A DNA stretch of 64,000 nucleotides, from assembly GCA_038249055.1 (NCBI GenBank), contig JBBRWS010000004.1, forward strand, positions 17,939-81,938, read 5' to 3'. A program made the translations under genes and the position numbers. The notes under the pieces were generated by a model that was given only the letters and a program-made list of their open reading frames with translations, was not told where the DNA came from and made no database searches. Positions within the stretch are counted from its first letter, which is position 1. Every line of letters starts with the position of its first letter. Source of the DNA: Minisyncoccia bacterium (lineage in GTDB: Bacteria > Patescibacteriota > Minisyncoccia > Phycocordibacterales > UBA9973). Shown piece by piece: positions 59,546 to 64,000 of the stretch.

Positions 59546-59863
59546 ATGAACGACGACGAAAGAAAACCTAAAATACACATACATACTGGAGGATTAATTA
59601 TTTTAATTATAATTCTTATAGTGTTATTTAAAGTTGATATTCTTTCAACTGTAAAATCTCCACAATTTCAAAAAAACATTACATATATAACTGAAAAAAC
59701 AAAAGACATTTGGGAAAATGGTATTATGGAACCATTTAAAACAAGATTATTTGATCCAATCGTTAATGCAGGAAATGATAACATTGAAAAGCTACAAAAT
59801 GGTATAAAAAATAATGTCATTAAAGTAACATCTGAAGAAGATGTACAAAAAATTTTAGATTAA
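59546..59863 (+). CDS. Hypothetical single-TM protein
   Basis: Hydrophobic helix near N-terminus; TATAAT shortly before ATG 59546. Confidence 0.6.
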   Translation: MNDDERKPKIHIHTGGLIILIIILIVLFKVDILSTVKSPQFQKNITYITEKTKDIWENGIMEPFKTRLFDPIVNAGNDNIEKLQNGIKNNVIKVTSEEDVQKILD

Positions 59864-59891
59864 AATCACTATTGAATTTAATAGTGATTTT

Positions 59892-60107
59892 TTGTGCCCG
59901 AGGTGGGATATCTTTCTCTATGAGAGCGGGACCGCGAGTACGCTTATCGAATACTACGTAGCCACCCAGTAGGTCATTCTGCTAAATGAGGTATTTCGCT
60001 CTGGTTAACACCAGAGAACGAAAAGTCTTTCGATTCCCACACGCAAGCCAAGCAGTTGGCTTGCTCTCGGGCACAATAAAAAAACACGGCTTACACCGTG
60101 ATTTTTA
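59892..60107. other. tRNA-adjacent structured element bounded by a 17-bp copy of the tRNA 3' end
   Basis: ttgtgcccgaggtggga at 59892-59908 equals 60108-60124; inverted interrupted copy at 60029-60082. Confidence 0.7.
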
Positions 60108-60110
60108 TTG

Positions 60111-60192
60111 TGCCCGAGGTGGGAATCGAACCCACATCCCTTACGAGACACGATTTTAAGTCGTGCGCGTATACCAGTTCCGCCACTCGGGC
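60111..60192 (-). tRNA. tRNA-Leu (anticodon TAA), CCA not encoded
   Basis: GCCCGAG acceptor stem, TGGCGGAACTGGTATACGC D-arm, CACGA-CTTAAAA-TCGTG anticodon arm, long variable arm, GGTTCGATTCC T-arm. Confidence 0.96.
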
Positions 60193-60270
60193 AATTCGTT
60201 TTAAACACTAAAACACATTCATATAATTACATAATTTTCAAAAAATTACAAATTTTGATATACTCAACAT

Positions 60271-61686
60271 ATGTCAAAACAGTATTACACAACAATAGGG
60301 CTTGAAGTACACGCAGAATTAAACACTAAATCTAAAATGTTTTGTGGTTGTATAAATAACCCCGATGAAAAAACTCCAAATGTAAATATTTGTCCTATAT
60401 GTATGGCTCACCCTGGTACATTACCAGTGATTAATAAAAAAGCAGTAGAAAGTGTTGTAAAAGTTGGATTAGCTTTAGGTGCAAATATTGCAGACTTTAC
60501 AGAATTCGACCGAAAAAATTATTTTTACCCAGACATACCAAAAGCATATCAGATATCCCAATATAAATTTCCTATAGTATCAGGTGGTAAATTAAATGGA
60601 ATAGATATAACACGAGTTCATTTAGAAGAGGACACTGCTACATCAAAACATGATAAGGGAGATTATTCTCTTGTTGATTTTAATCGTGCCGGTGTACCCT
60701 TAATGGAGTTAGTAACAGAACCAGTAATTCACTCATCAAAAGAAGCGGGTGATTTTGGAAGAGAACTTCAGTTGCTTTTAAAATATCTTGGTGTTTCAGA
60801 AGCAAATATGGAGAAGGGTCAAATGCGAGTAGAGTTAAATATTTCAATTTCAGAAGATAAAGATAAACTTGGAACCAAATGTGAGGTTAAAAATATAAAT
60901 TCTTTTAAGGCTGTTGAAAGAGCTGCTGAATATGAAATAAAAAGAATGACTGAACTTCTTGATAGTAACCGCGCTCATGAAATAGTTCAGGAAACTCGTG
61001 GATGGGATGAAAACAAACAATCAACTTTTTCTCAACGCTCAAAAGAAAATGCAAATGATTATAGATATTTTCCGGATCCAGATTTACCAAAATTATTTTT
61101 AGCTAAAGTATTTAGTAATGAAGAAATTAAAAGTAAATTACCAGAACTCCCTGAGGCAAAAAGAAATAGATACCGAAATGATTACGGAATTAAAGATGAG
61201 GATATAGAAAGCTATATAACTGATCAAGAACTAGGTACATGGTTTGAGGAAGTTGCACATATTTTAAATGATAAAAATAAAATAAAAAATTCATCAAATT
61301 ATATAACTTCAGACTATTTGGGGCTAAAAAAAATAAATAGTAATATTAAATTACCAAACCCAAAGAATTTTTCTGAATTAATTGAAATGGTTAGCGACGG
61401 AAGAGTTTCATCTAGAGGGGCTAAAGATATTTTAGCTTTAATTGTATTAAATGATGAATCACCATTAAAAATTGCAGAGGAAAAAGGTTTTATTCAAAAT
61501 CACGATGAAGGTGCTCTGAAAGAGATTGTTCAAAAAATTATAGATTTAAATCCTGAAGTTGTTGCTACTTATAAAGGAGGCAAAGAAAATGCAATAATGT
61601 CACTTGTTGGCCAAGTTATGAAAGAATCACATGGTTCAGCCAATCCAGGATTGGTCCAAAAAATATTAAAAGAATTACTTGCTTAA
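60271..61686 (+). CDS. gatB: Asp/Glu-tRNA amidotransferase subunit B
   Basis: IGLEVHAEL, FDRKNYFYPD, HLEED, DFNRAGVPLMELV, YRYFPDPD. Confidence 0.98.
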   Translation: MSKQYYTTIGLEVHAELNTKSKMFCGCINNPDEKTPNVNICPICMAHPGTLPVINKKAVESVVKVGLALGANIADFTEFDRKNYFYPDIPKAYQISQYKFPIVSGGKLNGIDITRVHLEEDTATSKHDKGDYSLVDFNRAGVPLMELVTEPVIHSSKEAGDFGRELQLLLKYLGVSEANMEKGQMRVELNISISEDKDKLGTKCEVKNINSFKAVERAAEYEIKRMTELLDSNRAHEIVQETRGWDENKQSTFSQRSKENANDYRYFPDPDLPKLFLAKVFSNEEIKSKLPELPEAKRNRYRNDYGIKDEDIESYITDQELGTWFEEVAHILNDKNKIKNSSNYITSDYLGLKKINSNIKLPNPKNFSELIEMVSDGRVSSRGAKDILALIVLNDESPLKIAEEKGFIQNHDEGALKEIVQKIIDLNPEVVATYKGGKENAIMSLVGQVMKESHGSANPGLVQKILKELLA

Positions 61687-61687
61687 A

Positions 61688-61912
61688 ATGAAAGAGGAAA
61701 TAAAACTAGGTAAATATAGACATTATAAGGGACATATTTGCCAAGTTATTGGAGTAGCTCACAATAGTGAAGACCTTAACCAAAAACTCGTAATATATTT
61801 TCATCCTGACGAAAATGGAATCAATCAACTCTGGGCCAGACCAATCGAAATGTTTCAAGAAAATATAGATACCGATACTTATAAAGGACCTCGATTTAAA
61901 TATTTAGACTAA
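61688..61912 (+). CDS. DUF1653 family protein
   Basis: GKYRHYKG...VIGVAHNSE...LWARPIEMF...PRF. Confidence 0.85.
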   Translation: MKEEIKLGKYRHYKGHICQVIGVAHNSEDLNQKLVIYFHPDENGINQLWARPIEMFQENIDTDTYKGPRFKYLD

Positions 61913-61956
61913 AAAATACCGGAGAAATTTCTCCGGTATTTTATATTTTAAGCTTA

Positions 61957-62307
61957 TTAGATTAAGGACATTAAATATGGTAAATCATCATCTATATCAA
62001 TCTTTCGAATACAACCATCTATATTTTTTAATTCAAGAGGTAATTCGTTTGTGTAAATATAAATTTTATTTTTTTTATTTACTCTTTTTGTAATTGCTGC
62101 CAATTTTTCAAAACCTAATGGTTTATCGAAAATAAATACTACATAATTACCCCCTGGCATATTATGCCTAACCATATCTATAGCATTTTCACAATTTCTA
62201 TAAAATAAAAAAACTTTTTCATTTTTTAAATATCTTTTACTAATTTTAGGCGATGTTTTAACAAAACCATCTGTAATAACAAAAAGAACTTTTTTATCTA
62301 CTATCAT
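61957..62307 (-). CDS. Hypothetical protein, possibly degenerate receiver (CheY-like) domain
   Basis: Alpha/beta pattern VLFVITD...VFIFD.PLGFE...IYIYT...DGCIRK. Confidence 0.45.
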   Translation of the reverse strand: MIVDKKVLFVITDGFVKTSPKISKRYLKNEKVFLFYRNCENAIDMVRHNMPGGNYVVFIFDKPLGFEKLAAITKRVNKKNKIYIYTNELPLELKNIDGCIRKIDIDDDLPYLMSLI

Positions 62308-62424
62308 CTTAAATAATTTAAAGTAAAATTTAATAAAGATTAACATAAAACAATGCATTGTCAAAATTTTTGTTTTAATTACTAAATTGGTATAATGACT
62401 TTATATAATTTAACAGATTTATTT

Positions 62425-63453
62425 ATGGATAAAAAATTAAAAGTAGCTATCAATGGTTTTGGAAGAATAGGTCGCGCATTTTTAAAAATTGCATGGGAAA
62501 GAAATGATATTGAAATAGTGGCCATAAATGACCTCGGCTCCATTGAAAGTCTTTCTTACTTACTTCGTCATGATACTGTTTATCGTAATTGGGGTCACAA
62601 AGTAGAAGTTGTGGGTACCGACTTAGTTATTGATGATAAAGTAGTTAAATTTATTTCAGAAAAAGATACCACAAAACTTCCTTGGAGTGTTTTAGGAATT
62701 GATGTAGTTGTTGAATCAACAGGTTTATTTACTTCTTTTGATAAAGCAAAATTCCATATTGAACAGGGCGCTAAAAAAGTTGTTATAAGTGCTCCCTCAA
62801 AAGGTTCAGAAAGCGAAACTCATGGAGAAACTATTCTTCTTGGTGTAAATGAAGAAAAATTTGGTACTTGTGATATTACTTCAAATGCATCTTGCACTAC
62901 AAACGCAGCTAGCCCTATTATTGCAATAATGCATGAATCAATAGGAGTGGAGAAAGCAATATTAAATACAGTACACGGATATACTGCTACTCAATCACTC
63001 GTTGATGGTCCAAGTAAGAAAGACCTCAGAGAAGGACGCGCTGCGGCTCAGAACATTATTCCTTCTTCCACTGGTGCAGCAATTGCCGTTACAGAAGCTT
63101 TTCCAGTTCTAAAAGGATTATTTGATGGTATATCTATACGAGTACCTGTCCCAGCTGGTTCTATTGTCGATATAACATTTATAGCAAAGAGAGATACCAC
63201 TAAAGAAGAAATAAATGAAATAATGAAAAAAGCAGCGCTTGACCCTCGATGGGAAAAATTATTTGCAGTTACTGAAGACCATCTTGTTTCTTCAGATATA
63301 TTAGGTGAAAGTCATGCTTCAATTGCAGATTTAGAATTAACTCGTGTTGTAGGAGGAAATTTAGTAAAAGTCATGGGCTGGTATGATAATGAAATGGGGT
63401 ATACATATACACTCATTGACCATGTAATTAAAACTGGAAATACAATTAAATAA
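62425..63453 (+). CDS. gap: Glyceraldehyde-3-phosphate dehydrogenase type I
   Basis: AINGFGRIGR, ESTG, SNASCTTN, IIPSSTGAA, WYDNE. Confidence 0.98.
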   Translation: MDKKLKVAINGFGRIGRAFLKIAWERNDIEIVAINDLGSIESLSYLLRHDTVYRNWGHKVEVVGTDLVIDDKVVKFISEKDTTKLPWSVLGIDVVVESTGLFTSFDKAKFHIEQGAKKVVISAPSKGSESETHGETILLGVNEEKFGTCDITSNASCTTNAASPIIAIMHESIGVEKAILNTVHGYTATQSLVDGPSKKDLREGRAAAQNIIPSSTGAAIAVTEAFPVLKGLFDGISIRVPVPAGSIVDITFIAKRDTTKEEINEIMKKAALDPRWEKLFAVTEDHLVSSDILGESHASIADLELTRVVGGNLVKVMGWYDNEMGYTYTLIDHVIKTGNTIK

Positions 63454-63629
63454 ATTTTAAAAAATACTATCCGGCACAATACCGGATAGTATTTTTTATT
63501 TCACAATATTTTTTAAAAAAAATCAAAGTATTAATATTCACGACTAGTAAAGAATTATTTTGTTAAATTTTTGACAAGAAATACTTTTTTATGGTATTGT
63601 TCTTAAAAAACAAAAAGTGGAGGAAACTT

Positions 63630-63839
63630 ATGATCACAGATCAAAGAATAGGCGAGATTGCCATGTTGTTAGTTCTTAAAACATTCGAAAATGTTGAAGG
63701 AGAAATCATCCCATATGATGAATTTGAAATTCTCATAAATGATGAAGAGGAATTAACAATGGCCCAAGTTATTGGAATTGAAATTTCAGAATATGTTGAA
63801 TTTCTGAAAGTTTTATATTCTAAAGCAAATGAATTATAA
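63630..63839 (+). CDS. Small acidic hypothetical protein
   Basis: GGAGG upstream of ATG 63630; terminator ataccc/gggtat downstream. Confidence 0.5.
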   Translation: MITDQRIGEIAMLLVLKTFENVEGEIIPYDEFEILINDEEELTMAQVIGIEISEYVEFLKVLYSKANEL

Positions 63840-64000
63840 GATCTAACATGGAATTAGGATACCCGCAAATTTGCGGGTATTTTTATATTTCTCCCTTAAA
63901 TACAAAAGTTGCAGGACCCCGAAGTATTATTTCTCCTTTTTCATTTTCTGATAGATAAAGATTACCACCTGGAAATTCTAATGTTATTTCTTTTTTAAAA

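Noticed and set aside
60005-60305. Short ORFs 60005-60208 and 60108-60305
   Set aside because: They overlap tRNA-Leu and its flanking repeat; shadow ORFs
273-61090. Numerous 60-130 aa ORFs antisense or out of frame to confident genes (e.g. 273-572, 10464-10832, 16126-16362, 31821-32210, 43150-43383)
   Set aside because: Largely or fully overlap well-supported CDSs and show no recognisable motifs

Overview
AT-rich bacterial chromosome segment, standard genetic code, whose gene content points to a Patescibacteria/CPR (Parcubacteria-like) genome (inference: short AlaRS, archaeal-type non-discriminating AspRS plus GatB, PaaX-like regulator, few Shine-Dalgarno sites). Housekeeping blocks: mltG-mnmA-alaS; infA-rpmJ-rpsM-rpsK-rpsD-rpoA-rplQ-rplM-rpsI; grpE-dnaK-dnaJ; cysS, rplU, recR, dnaB, aspS, scpAB, mraY-ftsW-murG, gltX, tRNA-Leu(TAA), gatB, gap. 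The standout is a ~14 kb accessory region (23.9-38.2 kb) built around Trp/His. It holds two divergent TrpD-fold phosphoribosyltransferases lacking anthranilate-binding residues, a PLP histidine-decarboxylase-like enzyme, a degenerate archaeal-type TrpRS paralog, a bacterial TrpRS, TrpR with an E. coli-like operator, a Trp/His leader-peptide attenuator ahead of a HAD phosphatase and nucleoside hydrolase, and an AKR, nucleotidyltransferase, HPrK-like kinase and DMT transporter. What looks like the ancestral trpS survives only as a 36-codon deletion scar at 48.7 kb. Other unannotated signals: two 119-bp inverted-repeat elements at the start codons of dnaB and murG with duplicated ATGA, an Asp T-box with an ultra-short stem I, a second leader-peptide attenuator, a structured repeat family with covarying stems, and a small element next to tRNA-Leu. 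All calls come from motif recognition by eye; no searches were run.
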